From an uncultured Spirochaetota bacterium (lineage in GTDB: Bacteria > Spirochaetota > Spirochaetia > SZUA-6 > Fen-1364), in the NCBI GenBank assembly GCA_963845535.1, contig CAWJSK010000012.1:832001-896000 (forward strand): a stretch of 64,000 nt of DNA. The letters run 5' to 3'. Below, one piece after another: positions 1 to 9,727 of the stretch. Every line of letters starts with the position of its first letter. The first letter of the stretch is position 1. Made by a program: the position numbers and the translations under genes. The notes beneath the pieces are model-generated. The model saw nothing but the letters and a program-made list of their open reading frames with translations. It was not told where the DNA came from and did no database searches.

Positions 1-127
1 CGCCCGTGGGCTTCTCCGTCTCCGCTCTGGCGGCGGCAGTCTATTTCATTGCCGTTGCCGCAAACCGCAGAGTCTATGCACGCCGGGGGAAAACGATTAT
101 CATCGGAGACAGCGTGGAAACAGCGCA

Positions 128-562
128 ATGGACATCGAGAAAAGAATCAACGAAGCGTTCGAGGAGCTCGGAGAAAGAAAAACCGGACCTCGGCGCGCCA
201 TCGCACAAAACTTAGTTCGCCTCGGGCATGCCGGCTCGGCGTTCTCGGCGGATGAGCTGCTGCAGAAGCTGCATCGCACGAACCCGCGCATTGGAAGAGC
301 CACCGTCTACCGCTCCATCGACAAGCTTGTGCGGATGAAAGTGCTGGACCGGATAGAGTTCGCGGACGGCACCCATTCGTTCCGCCTTTGCGAAAGCGAC
401 CATCACCATCATCACCTGGCCTGCACCAAGTGCCATCGCGTCATTGAGCTGGACTTCTGCCTGGAGTCCGCCATGATCGCGGCAATCGGCAGGAAGGAAA
501 GCTTCGAGATCGCTGACCACTCCATAACGCTTTTCGGTCTTTGCAAAGAGTGCCGACACTAA
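128..562 (+). CDS. Fur family transcriptional regulator (Zur-like)
   Basis: ATVYR helix motif, HHHHH-x2-CxxC and C-terminal GLCKEC are typical of Fur/Zur/PerR. Confidence 0.92.
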   Translation: MDIEKRINEAFEELGERKTGPRRAIAQNLVRLGHAGSAFSADELLQKLHRTNPRIGRATVYRSIDKLVRMKVLDRIEFADGTHSFRLCESDHHHHHLACTKCHRVIELDFCLESAMIAAIGRKESFEIADHSITLFGLCKECRH

Positions 563-564
563 GA

Positions 565-1359
565 ATGATGCGTACCCTTCCAGCCCTTCTGATATGCCTC
601 CTTCTGCCGGTCATGGCGGAAGCAGGAACCTGGATCACCCCCCAGTTCTCCCTTTCCCTGGACGACCTTCGGACAATGAGCGCCGACATGCCGGCGGACG
701 TCCGTGACGGCATCCTGGCGCGGCCCTCCGCCTTCCTGGAGCTCATGGCGCGGGTGCTTGATCAACCGGCGGACCTTCTTGTCCTCGTGGACAAACAGCA
801 CGCGCTCGGGGCGGACTATGTTCCCCCGGATCTCGTCCCGCTTTCGGACTACGCGCTTCGGACCACGTGGCCCAACCTCATGCTCCGCAAGTCCATCATG
901 CCGGAGGTGCTCCAGATGGTGCGCGCCGCGCGCGCGGATGGTGTGACCATCACCTTCTCCTCCACGTATCGCTCCTACAGGTACCAGGACGGGCTCTTCG
1001 CGCGGGAAGTGAAGATGTACGGCAGGGAGATGGCGGAACGGGAGTCCGCGCATCCCGGACTCTCCCAGCACCAGCTGGGAACGGCAATCGATTTCGGGAC
1101 GATCAGCGACGGCTATGAAAAGACCAGGGAAGGCCGGTGGGTGACGGCGCATGCATGGGAGTACGGCTTCACCCTTTCCTACCCCGTCAACTACGAGCAG
1201 GTCACCGGATACCGTTATGAGAGCTGGCATTACCGCTACATCACAAGGCCGGGTGCTCTGATGCAGCGGGAGTTCTTTTCCAATATCCAGCAGTATTTAC
1301 TGGAGTTCCTCCACGACAACCGCGCCATGCTCGAGCAGATGCGGCTCACGCGGGGGTGA
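565..1359 (+). CDS. D-alanyl-D-alanine carboxypeptidase, M15B/VanY family
   Basis: Signal peptide; STYRSY, SQHQLGTAID (SxHxxGxAxD) and YESWHYRY (ExWH) zinc motifs. Confidence 0.9.
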   Translation: MMRTLPALLICLLLPVMAEAGTWITPQFSLSLDDLRTMSADMPADVRDGILARPSAFLELMARVLDQPADLLVLVDKQHALGADYVPPDLVPLSDYALRTTWPNLMLRKSIMPEVLQMVRAARADGVTITFSSTYRSYRYQDGLFAREVKMYGREMAERESAHPGLSQHQLGTAIDFGTISDGYEKTREGRWVTAHAWEYGFTLSYPVNYEQVTGYRYESWHYRYITRPGALMQREFFSNIQQYLLEFLHDNRAMLEQMRLTRG

Positions 1360-1364
1360 GCGGA

Positions 1365-1619
1365 ATGAGAGAGCAAAGCGCCAGACTGCCGCTGAAAAAC
1401 GAAGCCGAGGCCTCGCTCCTCCACGGGATCCTCGAAGAGGACGGCGTTCCGCACCTCATCCGCTCCTACCATGACCGCGCGTACGACGGGCTCTGGCAGA
1501 TGCAGGAGGGGTGGGGCTACGTGGAAACGTCCGAGCGCTTTGCCGGCGGCGTGAAGACGCTCCTCGAGGTGCTCCGCAAGAACCAACCTTCCTCAGAGCT
1601 GGGCAAGGAAGAAGACTAG
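1365..1619 (+). CDS. Small DUF2007-like putative signal-transducing protein
   Basis: NEAEASLLHGILEEDGVP pattern; lies just after the upstream stop. Confidence 0.6.
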   Translation: MREQSARLPLKNEAEASLLHGILEEDGVPHLIRSYHDRAYDGLWQMQEGWGYVETSERFAGGVKTLLEVLRKNQPSSELGKEED

Positions 1620-2576
1620 CCCGAACAGAAAGAGTATTGCCGCCCCGGCAATCTCGATGACCCGGCGAAACCTCGCGTCACGCTTTTCGTGAGCGCCCGC
1701 CACGGCGCGGAGAGCGCCCCTCTTCACGAGAATCACAACTGCTCCCGTCGCGCTGATCGTCGTGCCCATTCCAACCGAGATGGATGACACCGCCAGGATG
1801 CTCACGGCAAGCATGTGAAGCGAAAGCGCGAACAGGACAACGGCCACGGCGCCCGGGCAGGGGATCACACCGGCGGGCAGCGCAATCCCCAGGAGGTTCC
1901 TCAGGCTGAGCCCGTGCGGCTGGTCCCCGGCGCCGTGCTCATGGGCCTCGGCGCCGTGCTCGTGGGCCTCGATGCCGTCCACGTGCGCCCCGTGATGATG
2001 CGTCGCCGCGCCGTGATGATGGTGCCCCTTCCCCGCGGCTCGCCTGACCAGCATGACCGCCCCGATTACCGTGATGACGGCGAACGTGACGAGCTGGATC
2101 CAGTAGTTTGCCTGCTCGACCCCCGTGGCGAAGATGCCGCGGATCACGTAATAGAGCACAAGAACAACGGTGAGGGCCGAGAGGGCATGCACGGCCGCCA
2201 CGAGATAGCCAATGATGAAGCTCTCGCGGATCTTTCCTTCGTTGGCAAGGAGGAACGAGGAAACGATGGTCTTGCCGTGCCCTGGGCCGGCCGCATGAAA
2301 GATGCCGTACGCCAGGGCCAGGGCGGCCACGAGAAGGAGGCCGCCCAGTGAGCGTGAGCCCTTGAGAGCGCGCGTCATGCTCGCCAGGCTCTCATTGAGC
2401 ATCTTCTGCACCGGCGCCATGACGCTGAAAATGAAGGCAGAGGTGCCCGACGTGATGGTCGTGAAGACGCCGGTGCGGGGCCGCGTGTTCTGGGACGTGA
2501 AGGGGTTGGGGGCTTCCTGCGCAAAGCACAGAGGGGAAGCCAGGACGAGCGCAAGTATAAGCACAGAACGCTTCAT
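1593..2576 (-). CDS. Nickel/cobalt transporter, RcnA/NicO family
   Basis: YGIFHAAGPGHGK motif, His-rich central loop, PCPGA motif, multiple TM helices. Confidence 0.88.
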   Translation of the reverse strand: MKRSVLILALVLASPLCFAQEAPNPFTSQNTRPRTGVFTTITSGTSAFIFSVMAPVQKMLNESLASMTRALKGSRSLGGLLLVAALALAYGIFHAAGPGHGKTIVSSFLLANEGKIRESFIIGYLVAAVHALSALTVVLVLYYVIRGIFATGVEQANYWIQLVTFAVITVIGAVMLVRRAAGKGHHHHGAATHHHGAHVDGIEAHEHGAEAHEHGAGDQPHGLSLRNLLGIALPAGVIPCPGAVAVVLFALSLHMLAVSILAVSSISVGMGTTISATGAVVILVKRGALRAVAGAHEKRDARFRRVIEIAGAAILFLFGLVFFLAQL

Positions 2577-3175
2577 GATTTCTCCTTGAACCGGATGACA
2601 AGGTTGTCCGGCATGTACTGCCCGGGCCAGAGGGGCTTCACTTTCGTCTTCTCTATCGACAACCCGACGGAGACTCCCGTGTCCCCCGTGACGGTAACGT
2701 CATCCGCGTGCATCAAGTCGAAGGCGACGAAGTACGTGTCATCATAGACGGTGACCCGCACCGCTTGTTCGTCCGCCGTGACAGGGACGTCGAGCGGGAC
2801 GAAGAACGAATAGACCAGCTTGCCGCCCTCCACGACGCTGGGGCTGAACTGCTCGATTCGGATCTTCTTCAGCCGTTTTTCCCCGACAAAGAACGCAAGG
2901 AAGTAGTGGTAGTTCTCCAGGTTGTCGAACGCGCCCGCCTTGATGGTTGCGGTCTGTTTTGCGCTGAAGTTCCCGTCAGCGTTCGGCTTGAAGTCCGTGA
3001 GGATCATTTCAGAAAACATGTCGTCGAACGCCCAGCGGAAGGTCATCCCTTTCAGCACTCCGTCGCCGAAGAGCACCGTCATCTTGTTGTTGATGAATAC
3101 ATGGGGATGGGCAAACGCGGCAAGCGCCGCAACCAGCCCGAAGAGGGCCAGGAGTGCAGGCACGCGCGCTTTCAT
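2573..3175 (-). CDS. DUF1007 family periplasmic protein
   Basis: Signal peptide followed by AHPHVFI; YDDTYF motif; ATGA overlap with the RcnA-like gene, a common pairing. Confidence 0.85.
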   Translation of the reverse strand: MKARVPALLALFGLVAALAAFAHPHVFINNKMTVLFGDGVLKGMTFRWAFDDMFSEMILTDFKPNADGNFSAKQTATIKAGAFDNLENYHYFLAFFVGEKRLKKIRIEQFSPSVVEGGKLVYSFFVPLDVPVTADEQAVRVTVYDDTYFVAFDLMHADDVTVTGDTGVSVGLSIEKTKVKPLWPGQYMPDNLVIRFKEKS

Positions 3176-4053
3176 CCCGACGCCCTCGCGGCGCGCAGCG
3201 GCTCCACGGTCCGGCCCGCGTGGATGCCGAACCGGGAGTAAAGAAAGGCGTCAAGCCGGTGAGCCGCTTCCAGCATCGGACTCACGGGTACGCGGGCACT
3301 CGCGCCCCCGAACCTCTTTATCACACGCTCGAAGTACTCAGGCGCGTATCGGATGGGCTGTTGCATCAGGTACGCCTGAAACTCGTTGACGCAGAGGTAG
3401 TGGTAGTCCGCGTCGTAGCCCAACTCGTCGAGAAACCTCCGAAAAAAGGCCTTCGTCCCCGGCGTCAGAGAGTCCCAGAGCTGAAAGCAGAAATCCCGGT
3501 AGGCGGGGGAGGCGAAAAAAATGCCGTGAAAAGATTCATGAGTGAGAAGCAGACGGCGTTCGATTTCAGAGGAAGACCGGGAAATCGACAGAATGCCTCC
3601 CTTCCCGGGCTCGTAGCGGTCACGCACCAACGCCAGGATGCCATGGTCCAGGGCGATGTCCCTGAGGGTGATTTCCTCGGGGTTCAGAGTGAACCCGGTC
3701 AATTCTGCGGCGTTGAAAAACGACGCCACCCCCTCAGGCCCGTAGTCGTGGGCGTTCCAGCCATGCAGGCTCTCGAGGGCCTGGTTGTCCAGGAGGCGGC
3801 CTCGGAAGCCGCGCTTTTCCAGGAAGAATGCGAGCCGGGAGAACATCCGGTCCTGAAAACCGTAGTCCGGGGTATCAATAACGAGTATCGAGGGGAATCT
3901 ATCCCACCGGTAGAGGTTGAAACCGGCCGCATCCTGGCCTGCGGCGGGCGACATCAGTATGGCCTGCAAGGAAGCCGAGGCCGGATCTGCCGCAACCCGT
4001 GCAGGCGAAACAAAAAACGGAACGAAGGCGAGAAACAGAAGCAAGAAGCGCAT
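3172..4053 (-). CDS. Exported hypothetical protein (HExxH motif, possible metallopeptidase)
   Basis: Signal peptide, THESFHG motif plus downstream NEF; ATGA overlap with the DUF1007 gene. Confidence 0.65.
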   Translation of the reverse strand: MRFLLLFLAFVPFFVSPARVAADPASASLQAILMSPAAGQDAAGFNLYRWDRFPSILVIDTPDYGFQDRMFSRLAFFLEKRGFRGRLLDNQALESLHGWNAHDYGPEGVASFFNAAELTGFTLNPEEITLRDIALDHGILALVRDRYEPGKGGILSISRSSSEIERRLLLTHESFHGIFFASPAYRDFCFQLWDSLTPGTKAFFRRFLDELGYDADYHYLCVNEFQAYLMQQPIRYAPEYFERVIKRFGGASARVPVSPMLEAAHRLDAFLYSRFGIHAGRTVEPLRAARASG

Positions 4054-4187
4054 CTACGTAGTCAGTATCGTCATAAAAATGCGCCCGTTCAACCCTGCGG
4101 CGTTTGATGTGCAGCGTTTTGACGTGTTTGGCCCACGGCATTTGATTTCAGGGCTCCGCCGACTATGATATCGTGTAAGGAACAATC

Positions 4188-5759
4188 ATGAGAAACACGC
4201 TTCGACAGACGATCATGGGACGCTACAAGAACGCGGGGATAGACGTTCAGCAGCGCGTCATGCTGTTGTGCTATTTCCTCCTGGTGGCGGTGGTCCTTGT
4301 CAGCGGGCTCATCGTCATGAACAGCGTGCTGGCCAAGGATGCCGGGGTTGTCACCATAACGATCGTCCTTGCGGGCATCATGATCTGCGCGCTCATCGCG
4401 CTCGTCCTCACGGTGAGGGGCCGGTATTTCGCGGGGGCTGACATCACCGCGCTTGTCGCCGCGCTGGGTGTTTCATCTTTGGCCCTGCTCCAGGCCCCCC
4501 GGGATCCGACGTTCATCACGAACTTTTACTATTTCCCCATGGTCATACTCCTCAGCGCGCTTTTCTGCCGGCTGCGGTGGACACTTTTCGTCACGCTGGT
4601 CCTCGGAGCCGCGGCGGCCGGAGGGTATTTCCTTTCCGGCGGCGTCACCCTGGCCGGAGATTTCAGGCATTTCGTCGATGAATCCATGATGGACTTCGGC
4701 TTCTCCATAGTTTTCGTTTTCGTCCTGTCATTCCTCATCATCAGGGTGAACGCCCGTGTGACCGCGCAGGCAGTGGCGGAAGGGGAAAAAAACCGCAGGC
4801 ACTATGCGCAGCTCCAGGATGCGTTCGCCACGCTGCGGGCTACCTCCGCGGAGCTTGCCCAGGCCTCGGAGACAATGTCGAGAAGCCTCGCAACCTTCGC
4901 GGAAGACACTCAGTCAGAGGCGGCCTCGGCGGAGGAGGTTTCTGCCACCATCGAGGAGATGTCCGGCGGGATCGAGACCATCGCAGGCAGCGCAAGTGAC
5001 CAGAACACGAAGGTGGGGAGCCTCGTCAAGAGCATCGAGGAGCTGTCAGCGGGAATAGCCTCCATCACGAGCGAAACGGCCGAGGCGGCGCGGCTGTCCG
5101 AGGAGATCCTTGCCCGCGCGCGCGGCGGGGAGGAATCCCTTGGGGCAATCAACGGCCGCATGTCGCGCATCGTCGAGCGCTCGGAGAGCCTGGATGGGAT
5201 CATCGGTATCATCCGCGGAATCTCCGACCAGACGAACCTCCTGGCTCTCAACGCCTCCATAGAGGCCGCGCGCGCGGGTGAAGCTGGGCGGGGCTTCGCC
5301 GTGGTGGCTGCCGAGGTCTCGAAGCTCGCCGAGCAGACCGCGGAGAGCCTGAAGCAGATCGATTCCATCGTGAAAGGCAACACGACGGAGATCCACGGAG
5401 GAAGGGAACAGATCGTCGGTGTCGTAGCGGTGATGCAGGAGGTGGTTGCCGGCGTGTCGCGCATGGGGGCCTTCGTGACGGACTTCGCGGGCGTGGCAAG
5501 CCGGCAGGCGGAAACGAACGCTTCGGTGGGCCGCGAGTCGAGGGCCGTCATGGAAATCTCCGGCTCCATTGACCGCGCGTTGGCGGAGCAGCGGGCGGCC
5601 GCCGCGGAAATCGCAAAATCCATCGCCCTGATCACGGAGCGCATCCAGTCCAGCAATGACGCAGCCGCGGCCATCGCGTCGCGCTCATCGAGCATTGTCG
5701 ACATGGCTGAAGGTCTCAGAGGAAAAGCCGAAAGCGGCGTCGACAAACAGTTGACGTAG
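4188..5759 (+). CDS. Methyl-accepting chemotaxis protein
   Basis: [27 protein letters not shown] signalling hairpin; multi-TM N-terminus. Confidence 0.95.
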   Translation: MRNTLRQTIMGRYKNAGIDVQQRVMLLCYFLLVAVVLVSGLIVMNSVLAKDAGVVTITIVLAGIMICALIALVLTVRGRYFAGADITALVAALGVSSLALLQAPRDPTFITNFYYFPMVILLSALFCRLRWTLFVTLVLGAAAAGGYFLSGGVTLAGDFRHFVDESMMDFGFSIVFVFVLSFLIIRVNARVTAQAVAEGEKNRRHYAQLQDAFATLRATSAELAQASETMSRSLATFAEDTQSEAASAEEVSATIEEMSGGIETIAGSASDQNTKVGSLVKSIEELSAGIASITSETAEAARLSEEILARARGGEESLGAINGRMSRIVERSESLDGIIGIIRGISDQTNLLALNASIEAARAGEAGRGFAVVAAEVSKLAEQTAESLKQIDSIVKGNTTEIHGGREQIVGVVAVMQEVVAGVSRMGAFVTDFAGVASRQAETNASVGRESRAVMEISGSIDRALAEQRAAAAEIAKSIALITERIQSSNDAAAAIASRSSSIVDMAEGLRGKAESGVDKQLT

Positions 5760-5778
5760 GCGTTGTTATCTTCTCTTC

Positions 5779-6576
5779 ATGGACCTTGCATTCCGGGATC
5801 TTGGCGGCCAGGGGCCGCCCATAGTTTTCCTCCACGGGCTGTTCGGCTCGTCCCAGAACTGGGTCGGAATGGGGCGCCGGCTCCTGGACATGGGCCGGAT
5901 CATGCTCGTCGATCTGCGCAATCACGGGGACTCCCCGCACGCGGCGGAACACTCCCTTGCTGCGTGCGTGCAGGACGTTGCGGAATGGGCCGGGCTCCAC
6001 GCCCCAGGGCGGTTGCGGCTGGCGGGGCATTCCATGGGGGGGCTTGTGGCCATGGGGTTCGCCATCGCCCACCAGGATCTCACCGCGGCGGTCGTCTCCC
6101 TGGACATTGCGCCGCGCGCTTATGCGCCGGAGCACGAGGCCGAGCTTCGGGCCTTTCACGCTGACATCAGCCGGTGCCGCTCACGAGCGGAGCTTGATGA
6201 CCTCCTCATGCCCATCCTCCCAGACGCCGGCGTGCGTCAGTTCATCCTCACCAACGCGGTGAGAGAAGGCGAGGGATTCCGCTGGCGGTTGAACGTGCCG
6301 GCGCTCGAGGCGTCCACCGTGAGCGCGGATTTTGCGAACGTCACGGGGACCTACGAGGGACCGTCGCTCCTCGTCGCGGGCGGAAGGTCACCGTATGTCA
6401 CCGAGGCCGATCTCTCTGTCATGCGCCGCCGTTTCCCGGCTGCTGCCATCAAAACCATCCCTGAGGCCAACCACTGGCTCCACGTGAGCGCCCCCGACGC
6501 GCTCGTGGAGACCCTGCGGGGGTTCCTCCGGGACATCGCATCGGATGCAATAATCGGACGGGTTTCCCGTCTTTGA
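5779..6576 (+). CDS. Alpha/beta hydrolase (YbfF-like esterase)
   Basis: HGLFGS, DLRNHG, GHSMGG nucleophile elbow, HWLH. Confidence 0.9.
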   Translation: MDLAFRDLGGQGPPIVFLHGLFGSSQNWVGMGRRLLDMGRIMLVDLRNHGDSPHAAEHSLAACVQDVAEWAGLHAPGRLRLAGHSMGGLVAMGFAIAHQDLTAAVVSLDIAPRAYAPEHEAELRAFHADISRCRSRAELDDLLMPILPDAGVRQFILTNAVREGEGFRWRLNVPALEASTVSADFANVTGTYEGPSLLVAGGRSPYVTEADLSVMRRRFPAAAIKTIPEANHWLHVSAPDALVETLRGFLRDIASDAIIGRVSRL

Positions 6577-6580
6577 TGGC

Positions 6581-7093
6581 ATGAGCGCGGATACGCAAAA
6601 GACGCGAATCGCGGACTTCATCGCAACCGAGTGGCACAAGCTCGTCGGTTTCGCGCGCTCATGGATCGAGGACAGCGCGGACCGGGACGCGGAGGACATC
6701 GTGCAGGACGTCGTGGTCGGCCTTTTCGAAAAAGCCGACGTGACGGCTCCCATTGCCGACCTGGCCGCGTACGTGTATCGCTCCCTCAGGAACCGCATCG
6801 TGGACGCCTACCGCGCGGCCCCGCGCAAGGCCGTGGCCTTGACCGAACCGGTGCTGGACGAGCGCTACGAGGCATCCCTTGCGGCTGAGTGGAAAGAGAA
6901 CCGGGAGAAGCTTTTCGAGGCCATCGACTCGCTGGCTCCCGTGCAGAAGTCCGTGCTGGTGGCAACCGAGCTGGAGGGGAGAAGCTTCCGGGAGCTCTCG
7001 GAAGAATGGGACATCCCCATCGGAACCCTCCTGGCCCGTAAACACCGCGCGATCCATGCGTTGCGAAAAGCGCTCGAAGGAGAAACCGTATGA
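6581..7093 (+). CDS. ECF sigma factor
   Basis: DAEDIVQD region 2 and region 4 HTH (SFRELSEEWDIPIGTLLARK). Confidence 0.9.
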   Translation: MSADTQKTRIADFIATEWHKLVGFARSWIEDSADRDAEDIVQDVVVGLFEKADVTAPIADLAAYVYRSLRNRIVDAYRAAPRKAVALTEPVLDERYEASLAAEWKENREKLFEAIDSLAPVQKSVLVATELEGRSFRELSEEWDIPIGTLLARKHRAIHALRKALEGETV

Positions 7094-7602
7094 CGGAAGA
7101 GCAAAAAAGGGAGACATGGCATGGGCACTGGCACGGCCGCCCTGGCCTGCGCGGCCTTCGCATCGCAGGGATGGTTCTTGCCGGAGTGGTCTTTGCCGCT
7201 GTCTTCGCGCTGATCTTCGGGTGGCTGGTGATGGTCCTGTGGAACTGGATCATGCCCGCAATCTTCCACCTCGGAGAGATCAACTACTGGCAGGGCTTCG
7301 GGATCCTGCTCCTGGCGAAGATCATCTTCGGCGCCATGGGCAGTCGGGGACCGGGTGGACGGGGTCCCTTTCACGGCAACCCGTGGGGAGGAAACCCGTT
7401 CCGCAGGGAGTTCGGGCACCGCGGGGACTGGCATGACGACAAGGAGTGGTGGCGCTATGCCCATGACTTCTGGCACGAAGAAGGCCAGGAAGCATTCCAG
7501 CGCTTTGTTGACCGGAAGAAAGGGACAAGCGGCTCCGGCGATGCCGGGGGCCCTGGCGGAGGAGGCCCGGCGAGCGGACAGCCCGAATCTGGCCACGCAT
7601 GA
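7090..7602 (+). CDS. Hypothetical membrane protein coupled to the ECF sigma factor
   Basis: LWNWIMP...YWQGFGILLLAKIIFG membrane motif; ATGA overlap with the sigma gene. Confidence 0.75.
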   Translation: MTEEQKRETWHGHWHGRPGLRGLRIAGMVLAGVVFAAVFALIFGWLVMVLWNWIMPAIFHLGEINYWQGFGILLLAKIIFGAMGSRGPGGRGPFHGNPWGGNPFRREFGHRGDWHDDKEWWRYAHDFWHEEGQEAFQRFVDRKKGTSGSGDAGGPGGGGPASGQPESGHA

Positions 7603-7610
7603 GTCTTCAA

Positions 7611-7646
7611 GGGGCGCCTTCGGGCGCCCCAACCGGGCGCCCCAAC
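7611..7646. repeat. GC hairpin with UUCG loop overlapping a 13-bp tandem duplication
   Basis: GGGGCGCC-TTCG-GGCGCCCC (7611-7630); CGGGCGCCCCAAC occurs twice (7621-7633, 7634-7646). Confidence 0.7.
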
Positions 7647-7648
7647 CG

Positions 7649-7678
7649 TTGACAGCCTTCACCCGCGCATCCTATGGT
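7649..7678 (+). promoter_or_regulatory. Putative sigma70 promoter of the CDF gene
   Basis: TTGACA-N18-TATGGT, 9 nt before the ATG at 7688. Confidence 0.45.
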
Positions 7679-7687
7679 GGCGAGCGC

Positions 7688-8584
7688 ATGAAAAGGGGCT
7701 TCGCTGACGCTCAGGAAAGGCTTGCGGTCTGGATGGGGATCGTCGGAAACGCGGTCCTCTTCGTGGGAAAGATCCTCGTGGGCTTTTCCTTCAACTCGAT
7801 TGCCATCATCTCGGATTCCTTCAATTCATTGACCGACATCGTGGCCTCCGCGATCGTCTTTGTAAGCATCAGGAGCTCGTACGAGGCGCCGGACGAAGAC
7901 CATCCTTTCGGGCACAAGCGGGCGCAGCCTTTGGCGGGGCTCGTCGTGGCAATTCTGACGGGAATCGTCGGCTTCGAAATCATTGCCCAGTCCGTGACGC
8001 GGCTGTTCACGGGAGAGCGAATTCAGAAAGGGATTCTCCCCATTGTCGTTCTCGCGTGCGTCCTCGTCATAAAGCTTGGAATGCACCTGTACGCCCGAAT
8101 CACCGCCGCGCGGACGGGAAGCACTGCGCTTATGGCGTCAGCCACGGATCACAGGAACGACGTTCTCATCTCGGCGGCGGTCATCCTGGGGGTCGGCGCG
8201 TCCAACATGGGGTTTGCCATTTTTGATCCCATCGCGGCCATCCTCGTCGGGCTGTGGATCATCCGCGCGGGGTTCGGGATCGGCAGGTCCAACATCAAGT
8301 ATCTCATGGGTGAAGCCCCTCCCGCCGCCCTTCTGGAGACCATCAAGGCGCGCGCGTGCGCCGTGCCGGGAGTCCTCGCCCTGCACGACGTGTCCGCGCA
8401 TTACGTGGGCACGACAATCGAGGTGGCCCTCCACGTGGACGTGGACAGGCGTCTCTCCGTGGTGGAAGCCCACGACATCAGTGAGAAGGTGCAGGGGGAG
8501 ATCGAACGGGTGGAGGAAGTTTCACGGGCCTTCATCCACATCGACCCGTCTCCGCCATCCCTGGCTATGCCTCGGCCGAGCTGA
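7688..8584 (+). CDS. Cation diffusion facilitator family transporter (FieF-like)
   Basis: SDSFNSLTD, PDEDHPFGH, DHRND motifs; C-terminal dimerisation domain (IHIDP). Confidence 0.92.
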   Translation: MKRGFADAQERLAVWMGIVGNAVLFVGKILVGFSFNSIAIISDSFNSLTDIVASAIVFVSIRSSYEAPDEDHPFGHKRAQPLAGLVVAILTGIVGFEIIAQSVTRLFTGERIQKGILPIVVLACVLVIKLGMHLYARITAARTGSTALMASATDHRNDVLISAAVILGVGASNMGFAIFDPIAAILVGLWIIRAGFGIGRSNIKYLMGEAPPAALLETIKARACAVPGVLALHDVSAHYVGTTIEVALHVDVDRRLSVVEAHDISEKVQGEIERVEEVSRAFIHIDPSPPSLAMPRPS

Positions 8585-9194
8585 CCAGATGGACGCCCGC
8601 GGCCGTCATTTCCGCGAGCGCTTTCTCCACGCTTCCCGTGGGGAAACCCACGCCGCGGCAGGCGTCGCGAACCACGAAGACCTCGAACCCGAGCCGGCGG
8701 GCATCCAGGGCGGAAGAGCGCACGCAGTAGTCAGTGGCCAGCCCGCAGAGGAAAATCTCCCGGGCTCCAAGCCCGGAGAGATAGTAGCGCAGGCCGGTGT
8801 CGGTCACGTGATCGTTCTCGAAGAACGCCGAGTAGGAATCCAGCCGGCGTCGCAAACCCTTTCGCAGAACCAGCTCGATCCTTCCAACTTCCAGGCGTGG
8901 GAAGAGCTCCGCGCCCCGTGTCCCCTGGACGCAGTGGTCGGGCCAGAGCACCTGCGGGATTCCATCCGCATCCACGATGTCAAGCACTTTCTTTCCGGGA
9001 TGACTTGAAGCAAAGGAGACATGGTCCTTCGGATGCCAGTCCTGTGTCGCCACGACGCGCTCGAAGAGCGGCATGAGGCCGTTGATGACCTCCACCACCT
9101 GGTCCCCTTCCTCCACTGCCAGGCTTCCCCCGGGGCAGAAATCATTTTGCACGTCGACGACAAGGAGCGCGCGGGCATTCTTCTGGCCGGCCAT
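8565..9194 (-). CDS. pncA: Nicotinamidase/pyrazinamidase
   Basis: VDVQNDFCPGGSL, TQDWHP, WPDHCVQGT, DSYSAF, GLATDYCV. Confidence 0.95.
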   Translation of the reverse strand: MAGQKNARALLVVDVQNDFCPGGSLAVEEGDQVVEVINGLMPLFERVVATQDWHPKDHVSFASSHPGKKVLDIVDADGIPQVLWPDHCVQGTRGAELFPRLEVGRIELVLRKGLRRRLDSYSAFFENDHVTDTGLRYYLSGLGAREIFLCGLATDYCVRSSALDARRLGFEVFVVRDACRGVGFPTGSVEKALAEMTAAGVHLVSSAEA

Positions 9195-9322
9195 CATGTG
9201 CCTCCCGGCGCGAGTGTATATCGTCTCTTCGTCCTAGCGCCAGGGGGAAAGGTTTTGCGGATCCTGGTTGGGCTTTGCGAATCCCGGCATTCATAGAGTA
9301 CATTGAAACGTGAGGTGGAGCA

Positions 9323-9691
9323 ATGAAGTCCTGCAGGTTCCTGCTCGATGACGGCCTCCAGGGAGCCGCGTCGTGCCTGTCCGTGGCCCTGGGTTGCAGC
9401 GTAACGGTTGTGGATTCCCGGCCCGCATGGGCGCGGCAGCGCAAGCGCATGGTCCAGGTCGACATGCCGGCCTTGTTCTATAAGACGCTGGAGAGTTTTG
9501 CGTCGCTTCAAGGCGCCTCGGTAGAGACGCTCCTGCGCTCCTGGATCGAGGAGCATGCCCGGCCAACGGTGACCGAGGAGGGGAAAAGGATCCGCGAGCG
9601 CTGCCGCCTCCTGAGGGAATGGCAGGGTCTGGGGTTCGCGGGAAAGGAGCCTGACCTGAGGTATTTCGCCGGGAGGCTCGCTGACGCGTAG
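9323..9691 (+). CDS. Hypothetical protein with possible ribbon-helix-helix domain
   Basis: GAGGTGGAG SD-like site; VQVDMP-helix-GAS-helix pattern. Confidence 0.55.
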   Translation: MKSCRFLLDDGLQGAASCLSVALGCSVTVVDSRPAWARQRKRMVQVDMPALFYKTLESFASLQGASVETLLRSWIEEHARPTVTEEGKRIRERCRLLREWQGLGFAGKEPDLRYFAGRLADA

Positions 9692-9727
9692 CCGGCAGGT
9701 TGGCGGCCGGGCGGCGAGCGCTTCCCG

